DNA of 64,000 bases from Candidatus Cloacimonadales bacterium (lineage in GTDB: Bacteria > Cloacimonadota > Cloacimonadia > Cloacimonadales > JAIOQZ01), in NCBI GenBank assembly GCA_963665815.1, contig OY762463.1, positions 917,469 through 981,468 of the forward strand. The letters run 5' to 3'. Position 1 is the stretch's first letter, and each line of letters opens with the position of its first letter. The position numbers and the translations under genes are program-made. The notes beneath the pieces are model-generated. The model was not told the origin of the DNA. It did not search any database and saw only the letters and a list, made by a program, of their open reading frames with translations. This document shows, one piece after another, positions 44,296-54,346 of the stretch.

Positions 44296-44843
44296 TAAGA
44301 ATTTACATTGTCAGTCATAAAAATCTTACATCTTTTGTATCTCATTACATATTATGTTATATCACAATATGTTATAATGTTTACTTTTGCTTGACACTCA
44401 ATCAATTTTATTATCATAGCATTATTCAAAGCATGCTTAAAAATGAATATACTTTCAATAAAACGTTCTTTTTTCAGACATGATTCGACATTTTTGTACA
44501 CTTTGAGTTATCGACGCATTTACAATAGATACTGCTTTCTGATCCACTTTTTCAATCTTGAAAATTTAGCCCGAGTATAATAACGGGATAATTATAGTTT
44601 GTCTCAAATACCTCGATGATATTGCTGAATATGGATGTTTTTTTGTAACTATAAAAGCAGGGCTCCGTTAAAAAGACGACTGGGGATTTTTGACTTATAA
44701 TTTTTAAATATGCAAAGATTTCAGCAGCATACAATCTCGTTTTACTATCTTTAGAAAACCTGAATATTGTGAAACAGTTAAAAAATGCTTTACTTTAATG
44801 AATTATTGAAAATTCATGACTTGAATAATTCCACGGGGGATCC

Positions 44844-47072
44844 ATGAAGAAGTTTATTGTCTTAATTGTAATATTATTAAGCCTGAGCGGGGCAATTTAT
44901 GCAGCCGGCTCAAATGTTATTTCTGAAATTAAAATTCAGGGAACAACAGTAATTGATGAAGATCTTATCAGATCGGTAATCACATTTAAAATTGGTGAAT
45001 TTATTGATCAGAATGAAGTATCTAAATCAATTCGTAACCTTTATCAGCTTGGTGTTTTCGATAACATTAATATCAGTGCAGACGAAACTGATCTTGGTAT
45101 TGGTATTGTAATAACGGTTAAAGAGTATCCTGTAATAAAGAAGACCAAAATCAAGGGTAACAAAAAATACTCAAAGGATAAAATTGAGAATGAAGCAGGT
45201 TTTGTGGAAGGAGCTTACTGGTCTCCATTCCTGAAAGCAGAGATTACCAAAGAAGTTAAAAAACACTATAGAGATCTTAGTTACCATTATGCTGAAGTTG
45301 AATTTGAAATTGAAGAAAACGAAGACAACACTGTGAATATTCTTCTTCAGGTCAATGAAGGGCAGAAAGTTAAAATTAAGAAAGTAAGTATAAACGGTAA
45401 TAAACTTGTAACTGCAAAAGAATTGATTAAAAAGATGAAAACCAAGAAATCCAGTCTTTTCAGAAGCGGGAAATTCAAGGAAGAAGATTTCAATGAAGAT
45501 CTGGAAAAAATCATTGCATATTATAACAAAAAGGGATTCATTGATGCCAGAATCATTTCTCATAATAAAGAAATTGAAGGCAAACACATGTTTATTGAAA
45601 TCAATCTTTTTGAAGGACAGCAGTTTAAGTTTGGTAAACTTGAAATAACAGGTAATGAAAGATTTATAACAGATGTATTAATGGAAAAATTCACATTCGA
45701 AAAAGGCGATATATTTGATCTTGGACAATTCGATATGGAACTCCAGAGTTTATCGGAAATGTATTATGAAGACGGTTATATCTACTCCAGCTTCGATCAT
45801 ATTATTGAGAAAAACGGTGATTTTATTAATATTATTATTGAAGTAAGAGAAAACACAAGAGCAAAAATTCACAAGATACATATTGCAGGAAACAGGAAAA
45901 CAAAAGAAAAAGTTATCAGAAGACAAATTACTCTTTCCCCGGGAGAATACTATAAACAGTCAAAAGTAATTCAATCATTAAGAAATGTTTACAACCTGGG
46001 ATTTTTTGAAGCAGATCTTCATCATACTCCGGAACCAATAAATTCTAACGGTGATATTGATCTGACATTCCATTTGAATGACAAACCTTCAGGTACAGCA
46101 AATGGCGGGATTGGATACAACAGCCAGGACAGTTTTGTGGGAATGCTCAGCATGTCTATGAACAACCTCCTTGGCAATGCCTGGTCATCAAGTTTTTCAT
46201 GGGAATTCGGTGGATCAACTCAGGACTTTGAGCTCGATTTTACCAATCCTTACGTATACGATACAAATATACTTGCAGGATTAAGCCTGCACCATACTAA
46301 AAAAGAATGGGACTCCTTTAACTATAATGTACTTACAAGCGGAGGATCAGTCAGAGTAGGTAAACACCTTGAATCACTGAATTTCTCAAAGCTGATATTC
46401 TCCTACTCCCTTACATCGAAAAAATACGAATTACAGGACGATGACGATGACGCTTCATCATACCTTCTGGAATTAACTGAAAAGGGTTATCAGCATAACA
46501 GCTCAGTAAGTGTTACATTCTCTCGTGACAGCAGAGATAATTATTTCTTTGCAACCGGAGGAACTCAACTCACACTTTATAATGAGATTGCAGGCGGAGC
46601 ACTTCAGGGAGACTTTGATTACTACAAAGCTATAGGGGAATTCAGATGGTATGTTCCCACATTCTGGAAGCTTGTACTCAGATCTAAGCTCAGAATGGGA
46701 TACGCAACTGCTTTCGGCAGTTCAGAAGAAGTTCCACCTGAAGAAAGATTCTATCTTGGCGGAACAGGTTCTGACGGTATCAGAGGTTATGCGGACAGAT
46801 CTATTGGACCTCAGGATGGAGGTATTAGAGAGATCTTATTCTCGACAGAATATGCATTCCCTATAGCCCCGGAAACTGTCATAGGGCTCTTATTCTTTGA
46901 TTCAGGTAACAGTTATAATAATTTTGAAGAATTTAATCTCTGGGAGCTTAAAAAAGGTGCAGGGGCAGGTGTAAGAATAAAAACACCTCTCGGACTCATA
47001 GGATTTGACTTAGCTCGCAATTTTGAAGACAAATCATGGGAACCTCACTTTCAGTTCGGTACAACTTTCTAA
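44844..47072 (+). CDS. bamA: Outer membrane protein assembly factor BamA
   Basis: Signal peptide. POTRA repeats (IKIQGTTVIDEDLI, IKGNKKYSKDKI, INGNKLVTAKEL, ITGNERF, IAGNRKTKEKVIRRQI). Omp85 barrel with RFYLGGTGSDGIRGY and a terminal F. Confidence 0.9.
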   Translation: MKKFIVLIVILLSLSGAIYAAGSNVISEIKIQGTTVIDEDLIRSVITFKIGEFIDQNEVSKSIRNLYQLGVFDNINISADETDLGIGIVITVKEYPVIKKTKIKGNKKYSKDKIENEAGFVEGAYWSPFLKAEITKEVKKHYRDLSYHYAEVEFEIEENEDNTVNILLQVNEGQKVKIKKVSINGNKLVTAKELIKKMKTKKSSLFRSGKFKEEDFNEDLEKIIAYYNKKGFIDARIISHNKEIEGKHMFIEINLFEGQQFKFGKLEITGNERFITDVLMEKFTFEKGDIFDLGQFDMELQSLSEMYYEDGYIYSSFDHIIEKNGDFINIIIEVRENTRAKIHKIHIAGNRKTKEKVIRRQITLSPGEYYKQSKVIQSLRNVYNLGFFEADLHHTPEPINSNGDIDLTFHLNDKPSGTANGGIGYNSQDSFVGMLSMSMNNLLGNAWSSSFSWEFGGSTQDFELDFTNPYVYDTNILAGLSLHHTKKEWDSFNYNVLTSGGSVRVGKHLESLNFSKLIFSYSLTSKKYELQDDDDDASSYLLELTEKGYQHNSSVSVTFSRDSRDNYFFATGGTQLTLYNEIAGGALQGDFDYYKAIGEFRWYVPTFWKLVLRSKLRMGYATAFGSSEEVPPEERFYLGGTGSDGIRGYADRSIGPQDGGIREILFSTEYAFPIAPETVIGLLFFDSGNSYNNFEEFNLWELKKGAGAGVRIKTPLGLIGFDLARNFEDKSWEPHFQFGTTF

Positions 47073-47157
47073 AAAAAGTTGAAATAAATATTGACACAGA
47101 AACGTCGGTTTTATTTGTTGTCAGAGTGCTTCAGCAATGAGGTTTGACTAAATGCTA

Positions 47158-47236
<79 letters not shown>

Positions 47237-47243
47237 TTTTAAT

Positions 47244-47319
47244 GGGTGTTTAGCTCAGTTGGGAGAGCACCTGCCTTACAAGCAGGCTGTCAGGGGTTCA
47301 AGTCCCTTAACACCCACCA
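47244..47319 (+). tRNA. tRNA-Val (anticodon TAC), CCA encoded
   Basis: Acceptor gggtgtt/aacaccc, D arm gctc/gagc, anticodon stem cctgc/gcagg with loop ctTACaa, T loop ttcaagt. Confidence 0.9.
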
Positions 47320-47325
47320 TTTTAA

Positions 47326-47353
47326 AGGAAGTCTTTTGACTTCCTTTTTTTTT
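47326..47353 (+). terminator. Rho-independent terminator after the tRNA pair
   Basis: Stem aggaagtc / gacttcct, loop tttt, T9 run. Confidence 0.85.
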
Positions 47354-47409
47354 ATTTACATTTTCGAAGCTGTATTTTACATTCTACAAAAAAAAATGAG
47401 GACTCTCAC

Positions 47410-48579
47410 ATGAACATAAATATCAAATCCTTCTACTCCGAGTTTACTCAGCCGGAACAGATACGCAGAATCACCTCTGCCCTGTCAGCTATCATGTCTG
47501 AAAACGATATTACTTTTTCCGAAGCAGATAATCCTGATGCTCTTCTCATCCTCTCGGGAGGAACAGAGAATCTCGTCATAGAATTCCTGAACAATTTAGC
47601 TGTAAGTAATACAGTTTACTTACTCACACACCGCAGTAATAATTCACTCCCAGCTGCTCTGGAAATATCAGCCTGGCTGCAGCAGAATGATATTGATTCA
47701 CATATCATTGATCTGGAATATGCAAATGCTTCAGAAGAACTGAGAGAAATCATTGTTGAGAAACAACCGCTTTCCGGAAAGAGAATCGGTGTTATAGGCA
47801 AACCTTCCGACTGGCTTATTGCCAGCTCACATTCTGCGGACATCGTTAAAAGCCAATGGGGAGCTGATTTGGTAGAAATCTCTCTTGCTGATTTCATAAA
47901 GAATTTTCAGACAGAAATGCAATTAATCAAATCTCATTCACTCGATAGATTTTCAGAAAACTATGTTGAACCGGATAATCTGGATAAACTCAGGGCCCAA
48001 GCTGTATATAATGTCTTAAAAGCAATGATAAACATTGAAAAACTTGATGCAATCACTATCCGATGCTTTGATCTTGTTAAAGAGCTCAAAACAACCGCCT
48101 GTTACGCTCTTGCCAGACTCAATAGTGAAAATATACCTGCAGGCTGCGAAGGCGATATACCAAGCATTATCGGAATGCTGTGGGCAAAGGAACTTACAGG
48201 CAAGATTCCATGGATGGCTAATCCATCTGTAATAAACAGCGAAACCGGATCAATTATTCTGGCACACTGCACTGCACCACTCCAATATTTAAGCAATATT
48301 GTCTACAGATCTCATTACGAATCATCCTGTGCAGTAGGAATACAGGGTAATCTTAATTTCAAAGAAGTAACTATCTTCAGACTTGGTGGTAAAAAACTGG
48401 ATAAGATATTCTGTTTCGAAAGCAAAGTAATACGTCACCAGAATAAACAGGATTTATGCAGAACACAGATAGAATTATCAATACCGGACAATGCAGTGAA
48501 GGAACTGCTGAGAAATCCACTGGGGAATCACTTACTTGTATTACCGGGAAAACACAGCACGTTATTGTTAAAAAATTGA
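47410..48579 (+). CDS. Hypothetical; L-fucose/L-arabinose isomerase-like family protein
   Basis: RCFDLVKELKTTACYALARLNSENIPAGCEGDIPSIIGMLW resembles the CE-x-D region of FucI/AraA-like proteins. Recognised from memory only. Confidence 0.4.
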   Translation: MNINIKSFYSEFTQPEQIRRITSALSAIMSENDITFSEADNPDALLILSGGTENLVIEFLNNLAVSNTVYLLTHRSNNSLPAALEISAWLQQNDIDSHIIDLEYANASEELREIIVEKQPLSGKRIGVIGKPSDWLIASSHSADIVKSQWGADLVEISLADFIKNFQTEMQLIKSHSLDRFSENYVEPDNLDKLRAQAVYNVLKAMINIEKLDAITIRCFDLVKELKTTACYALARLNSENIPAGCEGDIPSIIGMLWAKELTGKIPWMANPSVINSETGSIILAHCTAPLQYLSNIVYRSHYESSCAVGIQGNLNFKEVTIFRLGGKKLDKIFCFESKVIRHQNKQDLCRTQIELSIPDNAVKELLRNPLGNHLLVLPGKHSTLLLKN

Positions 48580-48591
48580 ATCACCTGAGTT

Positions 48592-49506
48592 TTAGACTAC
48601 TTTAGTCTTTGATGCTTTCTTCGTCTTATGTGTTATCAGGTATCCTGCGGCAATGATAAGTATTCCACCTATTACAAGGTTTGTGTTAAGCTGCAGATTA
48701 AGGAAAAGATACTCGTTTATTGTAGTAAACAGAATAGTGAAGACAAATAGAATAGATGTCAGATTTACCGGCAGATATTTCATTGCATAGTTCCAGAACA
48801 GATATGATAAACCACTCTGGAAAACTCCCATTTCAATCAGCCAGAACCATTGTACGGCTGTATATGGCTTTTGTCCGGAAGTAAATATGAAAGGAATCAT
48901 TGTAACAGATGAGATGACAAATATCTTGAACAGGAATTGAATTACTCCAACCGGATTCCCCTGCACGGCTTTAACCAGAACAGATGAGAAAAACGTATAG
49001 AATCCAAATGTTATTCCAGTAGCTGCTCCGAGTATGACTCCAACCAGATATTTATCCGAGGACAAATCGAGATTCCCTTTACCGTATACAATCAGGATCA
49101 ATCCCGCAAAGGCCGTGAGGAATGAAAATATTTCTTTCTTGGCAGGAGCTATTTTATAGATAGCAAAACTCATCATAAAAACAAATATCGGTGACAGATT
49201 TTCCAGAATCATCACCAGTGTCCCCGGTAAATACTTTAGAGCCATATGATAAATGATTGAGTTCCCTGTAAGTCCAATCAGGGAAACGAAAATAGTCAGT
49301 TTAGCATTGCTTTTCCAATTTATTTTCATTTCTCTTTTAGCGAGAAGAAATAATCCGAAGACAATTGTCCCAATCCAGAACCTGAAACCTGTCACGAAAT
49401 ACATATCTACACCCTGTAAAGCAAGATACCGGCCTGCGGGTCCGTGTATACCCCATGAAAACAATGCTATAAAAGCAAATAACAATCCTTTAGTTCTATC
49501 ACTCAT
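48592..49506 (-). CDS. EamA/DMT-superfamily transporter
   Basis: 304 aa, about 10 TM helices in two EamA-like halves. Confidence 0.75.
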   Translation of the reverse strand: MSDRTKGLLFAFIALFSWGIHGPAGRYLALQGVDMYFVTGFRFWIGTIVFGLFLLAKREMKINWKSNAKLTIFVSLIGLTGNSIIYHMALKYLPGTLVMILENLSPIFVFMMSFAIYKIAPAKKEIFSFLTAFAGLILIVYGKGNLDLSSDKYLVGVILGAATGITFGFYTFFSSVLVKAVQGNPVGVIQFLFKIFVISSVTMIPFIFTSGQKPYTAVQWFWLIEMGVFQSGLSYLFWNYAMKYLPVNLTSILFVFTILFTTINEYLFLNLQLNTNLVIGGILIIAAGYLITHKTKKASKTKVV

Positions 49507-49768
49507 AATTTGCTACCTGATATCTTCGCATAACTACGAAAATTTACCGATTTTTGATAAATCCAAAAGGTAGAAACCGAAAATCTTTGTCTATAAGTAA
49601 TTAACAAACTGAGAGAGGTCTTTATATATTTTGTGTTTTCCCAATTAATAAGATTCAAGTTATACTTTGTTGACAAAGCTGTTTATAATGCTATTGAAGA
49701 TAGAATACAGTTGGATAGAGTTTGAAATATTGAAGTGTAATTATGCAATAAGAGACTGAAAACCCAAA

Positions 49769-49792
49769 GCAGAGAGCTCTCCTTATCTCTGC
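49769..49792. terminator. Hairpin downstream of the DUF1801 gene (possible terminator)
   Basis: gcagaga (49769-49775) / tctctgc (49786-49792). There is a T-run on the plus side and a T-rich tract on the minus side. Confidence 0.4.
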
Positions 49793-49797
49793 TTTTT

Positions 49798-50250
49798 TTA
49801 TTTCCTGCTCTCTTTATAAATGTCAACCCATTCATCAGCAGTCAGAACACGACATACTTCACCAATGAGTTCATAAGGTATATCGTTCATTCTCTTTAGA
49901 CGGAGACAGCTCTTCCCCATATCCACCTTGTATCTGGAGGTCTTGCTGTATTCTTCTTTAAACCAGTCATAGAGCTTGTCTCCCATGTACATTCCCATGT
50001 GATAAAATCCTATGAAGTTCTTCTGATTAGCAATACTTATAAATGGTAGAGGCTGATCAGGATTATTCAGGTAACCTTCCGGATACTCACTTAAAGGTAC
50101 TACATAACCAATCATACCATAGTTTATAGCCTCATTGAACCCCTCAGGAAGATTCTCAAGAATAACCTGTCTGAGTTTATTGAAGGCATCTTTCCTTTCA
50201 TCTGGAATTTTTGTGATATATTCTTCGGGTGTAGCGGCTTCAATTCTCAT
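49798..50250 (-). CDS. DUF1801 (YdhG-like) domain protein
   Basis: PEEYITKIPDERKDAFNKLRQVILENLPEGFNEAINYGMIGY fits the DUF1801 pattern. Confidence 0.5.
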   Translation of the reverse strand: MRIEAATPEEYITKIPDERKDAFNKLRQVILENLPEGFNEAINYGMIGYVVPLSEYPEGYLNNPDQPLPFISIANQKNFIGFYHMGMYMGDKLYDWFKEEYSKTSRYKVDMGKSCLRLKRMNDIPYELIGEVCRVLTADEWVDIYKESRK

Positions 50251-50299
50251 AATTATCTCCTTGAATATATATGATAATCAAAGTCACACTTCTTAACAA

Positions 50300-51148
50300 C
50301 TATCTTTTTTCTAAAGCACTTAGAATCTCTTTCTTTTCATCATCTGTCAAATTTGAAATCTTATTAATAAGTCGTTTCACTCTGGATTTATCACGACACG
50401 AGTATTCTTCAATAGCTTCATTGAAACCTGAAGCCAGAATTCCTGCCGGTAATGCATACATACCTATCCCTAAAGAAGCTATAATTGATCCTATTATTTT
50501 GCCAATAGTTGTCACAGGATATACATCTCCATACCCCACAGAGGTTAATGCTGCCACTCCCCACCACATTGCAGCCGGGATACTGCCAAATGCTTGAGGT
50601 TGTGCCTGATTCTCCACAATATATAATACAGATGAAGCAATAATCAAAATAACAAGCATGGTTGCTGCTGTCATTACAAGTTGTTCTTTTTTGTTTTTAA
50701 GAACTATACTGAATATTGTTAAAGACTCAATATAGCGTCCCATCTTAAGAACTCTGAACATTCTGAATAACCTGAGAATTCTCAACATACGGAGATCAAC
50801 TTTTATCAGTACCGGAAGATAGAATGGCAGTATAGCAAGAAGATCAATTATAGCAGATAGTGAAAAAAAATATTTTACTCTACCAGGCATACCTGAATAC
50901 TTATTATCGTTTTCAGCAGCAGTCCACAGTCGCAGAAAATATTCAATAGTGAAAACGACAATGGAGAAAACCTCAAATTTTCTGAAATAATTTCCCATAG
51001 AGCTTTCAATGCTCTTCACGGTTCCGAGAATAACAGTCAGTAAATTCAGGATAATCAACAGCATGATAAAAATATCTACAACTTTACTCATTGACTTTGA
51101 GTCTTGTGACGGATTCAATAATTCGTTTATATAGGCTTTCAACACCAT
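50300..51148 (-). CDS. Voltage-gated (6-TM, Kv-type) potassium channel
   Basis: S4 with periodic Arg (RMLRILRLFRMFRVLKMGR). Selectivity filter TSVGYGD. Confidence 0.85.
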   Translation of the reverse strand: MVLKAYINELLNPSQDSKSMSKVVDIFIMLLIILNLLTVILGTVKSIESSMGNYFRKFEVFSIVVFTIEYFLRLWTAAENDNKYSGMPGRVKYFFSLSAIIDLLAILPFYLPVLIKVDLRMLRILRLFRMFRVLKMGRYIESLTIFSIVLKNKKEQLVMTAATMLVILIIASSVLYIVENQAQPQAFGSIPAAMWWGVAALTSVGYGDVYPVTTIGKIIGSIIASLGIGMYALPAGILASGFNEAIEEYSCRDKSRVKRLINKISNLTDDEKKEILSALEKR

Positions 51149-51315
51149 TTTTCCTCCTTAGTACAATAATGCTTAAGAATTTAACCGGTTTTAAAAAAGT
51201 CAATTCATTACCAAATCATAACCATTCAAACTTTATTAATGCCCCTTCATTATTTTTTTTAAGACAATTAGTAAAAATAACGTACTATTGATTAAACATT
51301 GTCAGGAGTTTTAAA

Positions 51316-51831
51316 ATGAATACAACAGAAACAGCACAGCAATCGATATTGTTCATAAATTTTTCTCAAGGATGGGGTGGTGGAGAAAACTGGCACCTTT
51401 TAAACTGTATGCAAATGATTGCCAAAGGTCTAAACGCCATATTGCTGGTAACAAGAAATTCTAAGTTGGAGCAGAAGGCCAGAGCACAAAATATTCGGGT
51501 CTACTCAATTGATAAGCCTTCACTCTGGAATCCTGCAACTCTGCTTATGGTGAATAAAATTTTAAAAGAGCTAAAACCCTCTGTAGTTATACTTAACGGA
51601 ACAAAAGAATTAAAAATCTGTTCCAGGATTGCAAAGTCCACAGGAGTTCAAAAAGTTATATTCAGACGAGGTATTCAAAAATGTGTCAGTAAATCAAGTA
51701 CAAAATACCTTAAGAAATATGTGACCGATGTTGTTCTGAACTCACAAGCAACATATATTGCTATGCGAAATTCTCTTAAATGCTCAGGACTATATCCCGG
51801 GGTAATCATACACAACGGAATAATAATCTAA
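51316..51831 (+). CDS. GT4 glycosyltransferase, N-terminal half only (split or frameshifted gene)
   Basis: ILFINFSQGWGGGENWHLL...VILNG...VIIHNGIII then a stop. It ends exactly where GT4 enzymes continue (NG-x-D), within an aat/ata repeat. Confidence 0.6.
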   Translation: MNTTETAQQSILFINFSQGWGGGENWHLLNCMQMIAKGLNAILLVTRNSKLEQKARAQNIRVYSIDKPSLWNPATLLMVNKILKELKPSVVILNGTKELKICSRIAKSTGVQKVIFRRGIQKCVSKSSTKYLKKYVTDVVLNSQATYIAMRNSLKCSGLYPGVIIHNGIII

Positions 51832-51842
51832 AAGGTTATAAA

Positions 51843-53240
51843 ATGAATGCAAAACATTTTGTTTCCAATGATGCTGTTAAAAGTACTTTGTGTAAAAAGA
51901 CAGATTTAAGAGAGTTTACAATCGCAGTAATTGCCAGACTTTCCTGTGAGAAAGGCATAGATATTGCAATAAGAAGTATGGTCAATATTGTAAGCATTTT
52001 TCCGTACACGAAAATGTTAATTGTTGGAAATGGTAAGCAGGAAGAACAGCTGAAGACGTTAGCTGTCGACATGGGTTTATCAGGAAACATTGAATTTACT
52101 GGTTTTGTGGAAAATGTCGATAGATATATTGAAGCATGTAATGTTTTTCTGTTGCCTTCGAGATCTGAAGGTTTCGGATTTGTTCTTCTGGAAGCTATGA
52201 AGCATAAGAAAGCATGTATAGCTTTCGAAGATACGGCTGCCAGAGAAATAATTGACCATATGGGTACTGGAATACTTTTACCAAGAAATGAAAATCCTGA
52301 AGCTGCAATATCATCAGCAGTAAGAATGTTGATAGAGAAACCTGAATTATCAAAAGCATTGGGTATTAAGGGATATGAAAAATTATGCAGAAGATTCACT
52401 GTCAGCAAATCAACAGATAAACTTGAAAGAGTCTTTAAGCCTGAGCAACAGCTGAAGCTTCCAAATCTACATATATTTATGTATCATTACGTGAAACGGG
52501 CTCCAAAATCAAATGACAATAAGAAAATAATAAAAGGTCTCTATGTGAAACCGGAGCATTTTTCTTATCAGATGCACATATTGGAGAAGTACAAAATAAA
52601 CGTCATGAACACGAATGAGTTAGGGAATAAAGAAATGAAGTCTCCAAATGTGATGATTACTTTTGATGATGGTTGCTCATCAATTTATGAGTATGCATAT
52701 CCGTTTTTGAAGAAACATAACTTCAGTGCAATTGTTTTTCCTATTGTTGAGCTGATAAACAAAAAAGAAGTGTATCCTGGTGGTACTAATCAGGCAAAAA
52801 CAAATATGCTAACGGAATCAGAAATTAAGGAAATGCACTCGAATAGTATTGAGATTGGATCTCACATGATGAATCATGTCCACCTGGACAGTGTCAATCC
52901 AGAAAATCTCAATTTTGAGATGAAAGCATCAAAAATAATTCTTGAAAAAATGACAGGAAGTAAGGTTAATTTGATATGCTATCCCTTTGGTAGTTATAAC
53001 TCATTTGTACTTGAAAAAGCGGAATCTCTGGGCTACAAGTACGGATTCACTACAAAATCTGAGCCAAATACTCTCGTGAAACCACTTGAGTTAAGAAGAG
53101 TACCGGTTAAAGGACAATCTAACAGAGACATGTATAAGTTCCTTTATATGGTAAACAGCAAAATTTTGAGACGTAATCCTATCAGCAGTTGCATCAATTC
53201 AGTAATTGAATTGTTTAATTTTATCTTCTCAAACTCATAA
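51843..53240 (+). CDS. GT4 C-terminal half fused to a NodB/CE4 polysaccharide deacetylase domain
   Basis: FTIAVIARLSCEKGIDIAI...LIVGNG...FLLPSRSEGFGFVLLEAMKHKKACIAF (GT-B donor half), then NVMITFDDGCSSIYEYAYPFLKKHNF and IEIGSHMMNHVHL (CE4 motifs). Its frame differs from 51316-51831. Confidence 0.75.
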   Translation: MNAKHFVSNDAVKSTLCKKTDLREFTIAVIARLSCEKGIDIAIRSMVNIVSIFPYTKMLIVGNGKQEEQLKTLAVDMGLSGNIEFTGFVENVDRYIEACNVFLLPSRSEGFGFVLLEAMKHKKACIAFEDTAAREIIDHMGTGILLPRNENPEAAISSAVRMLIEKPELSKALGIKGYEKLCRRFTVSKSTDKLERVFKPEQQLKLPNLHIFMYHYVKRAPKSNDNKKIIKGLYVKPEHFSYQMHILEKYKINVMNTNELGNKEMKSPNVMITFDDGCSSIYEYAYPFLKKHNFSAIVFPIVELINKKEVYPGGTNQAKTNMLTESEIKEMHSNSIEIGSHMMNHVHLDSVNPENLNFEMKASKIILEKMTGSKVNLICYPFGSYNSFVLEKAESLGYKYGFTTKSEPNTLVKPLELRRVPVKGQSNRDMYKFLYMVNSKILRRNPISSCINSVIELFNFIFSNS

Positions 53241-53300
53241 ACTATATTAAGCAAAAGGATAGCATGTTCAATCCCGAAAGTATGTATCAATCAATATTCC

Positions 53301-53329
53301 TTGACATATTTTGGCAGAGTGCAATAAAT
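53301..53329 (+). promoter_or_regulatory. Sigma-70-type promoter (TTGACA-17-ATAAAT)
   Basis: TTGACA 53301-53306, 17-nt spacer, ATAAAT 53324-53329. Lies 28 nt upstream of ATG 53358. Confidence 0.45.
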
Positions 53330-53357
53330 TCAGCAAAACATGAAGAAGTAGGAATAA

Positions 53358-54341
53358 ATGACAAAAATTGCTGCTATTGATATTGGTTTTTCCAGAATTA
53401 AGATTTTATCAGGAACTAAAAGCAAAAAAGACATCTCAATTGATGAATTCAGAACAATTGCGTTCAGGAATGAGCTTCTTGAGAATGTCGGTCACTTAAA
53501 GTTCGATCCTGTAGAATTTTACAGAATCAATATAGAATCAATACTGGAAATACTGATGGCTGAAATTGAGACACTGCACCCTAAAACAAGATATTACTTC
53601 ACTTTCAACAGCTTATACTCGGATATCTATCTCAAATCAATTGATGCCGGAAACATGAAGAAGCTCAAGTATATCTGCGAATTCTACATGGATAAAATCA
53701 AAGGTGTTGACTCAGAATCTAATTACCAGATAATCAATTATGATAAATCCAGCAAAACCGGTGAAGTCCTGTTATTTAACTATCAGGTAAGTCCGTTTGA
53801 AAACCTTCTTGAGATTATTAATCAGCTTGGAGTACATGTTGAAGGAGTAGAGTTTGATGCTTTATGTCTCGCTAATGCTCTGGATAACATGTCAGAATTT
53901 TCCGACAATACGAACCTGCTTATTGATTTCGGATCATCCAAAACCACTCTGATTACCATGAAGTATCAGAAGATCATCTCCCTGAAGATCCTGCCTGTTT
54001 CCCTGCTTAATGTCTGGGAAAAAATCAGCAAGCGAAACAATGTAACACTTGCAGTTGCAGAAAATCTGATGAGAGAAGAATCAAGAGTAATCTTACCGGA
54101 GACACCTATTTTCTTCCTTTCAAAATTCTTCTCAAAAGTATGCGAAGAAATACAGGAGCTGGAAGAATTTGATTCAATCAATCAGGTATTCGTTTCCGGT
54201 GGTGCAATGAATTCAAACCATTATATCACTATGCTCAGTGATTTAATTAATAAAAAAGTCATGGTATTCGATCCGTTTTCAGACTCATCCACGACTAATC
54301 TCACCGGTTATTCTGCAGCATACGGGCTATTCATAAGGTAA
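53358..54341 (+). CDS. PilM-like actin-fold (type IV pilus/T2SS assembly) protein
   Basis: IAAIDIGFSRIKIL, LLIDFGSSKTTLI and VFVSGGAMN match the PilM/FtsA-type phosphate and adenosine motifs. Confidence 0.6.
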   Translation: MTKIAAIDIGFSRIKILSGTKSKKDISIDEFRTIAFRNELLENVGHLKFDPVEFYRINIESILEILMAEIETLHPKTRYYFTFNSLYSDIYLKSIDAGNMKKLKYICEFYMDKIKGVDSESNYQIINYDKSSKTGEVLLFNYQVSPFENLLEIINQLGVHVEGVEFDALCLANALDNMSEFSDNTNLLIDFGSSKTTLITMKYQKIISLKILPVSLLNVWEKISKRNNVTLAVAENLMREESRVILPETPIFFLSKFFSKVCEEIQELEEFDSINQVFVSGGAMNSNHYITMLSDLINKKVMVFDPFSDSSTTNLTGYSAAYGLFIR

Positions 54342-54346
54342 GTAAT

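Noticed and set aside
44271-44734. Track ORFs 44271-44483 (+) and 44552-44734 (-) in the XRE-bamA spacer
   Set aside because: They have no RBS and extremely AT-biased, low-complexity translations. They overlap promoter and operator elements, so they are treated as non-coding.
51815-51845. Possible programmed ribosomal frameshift joining the two GT4 halves
   Set aside because: There is no canonical slippery heptamer or downstream structure. An indel in the aat/ata repeat or a true split gene is more parsimonious. It is kept as a finding about the split only.
51836-52408. 190-aa minus-strand ORF overlapping the GT4-CE4 gene
   Set aside because: It is antisense to a region with clear GT-B donor-half motifs on the plus strand. 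It has no RBS or recognisable motifs.
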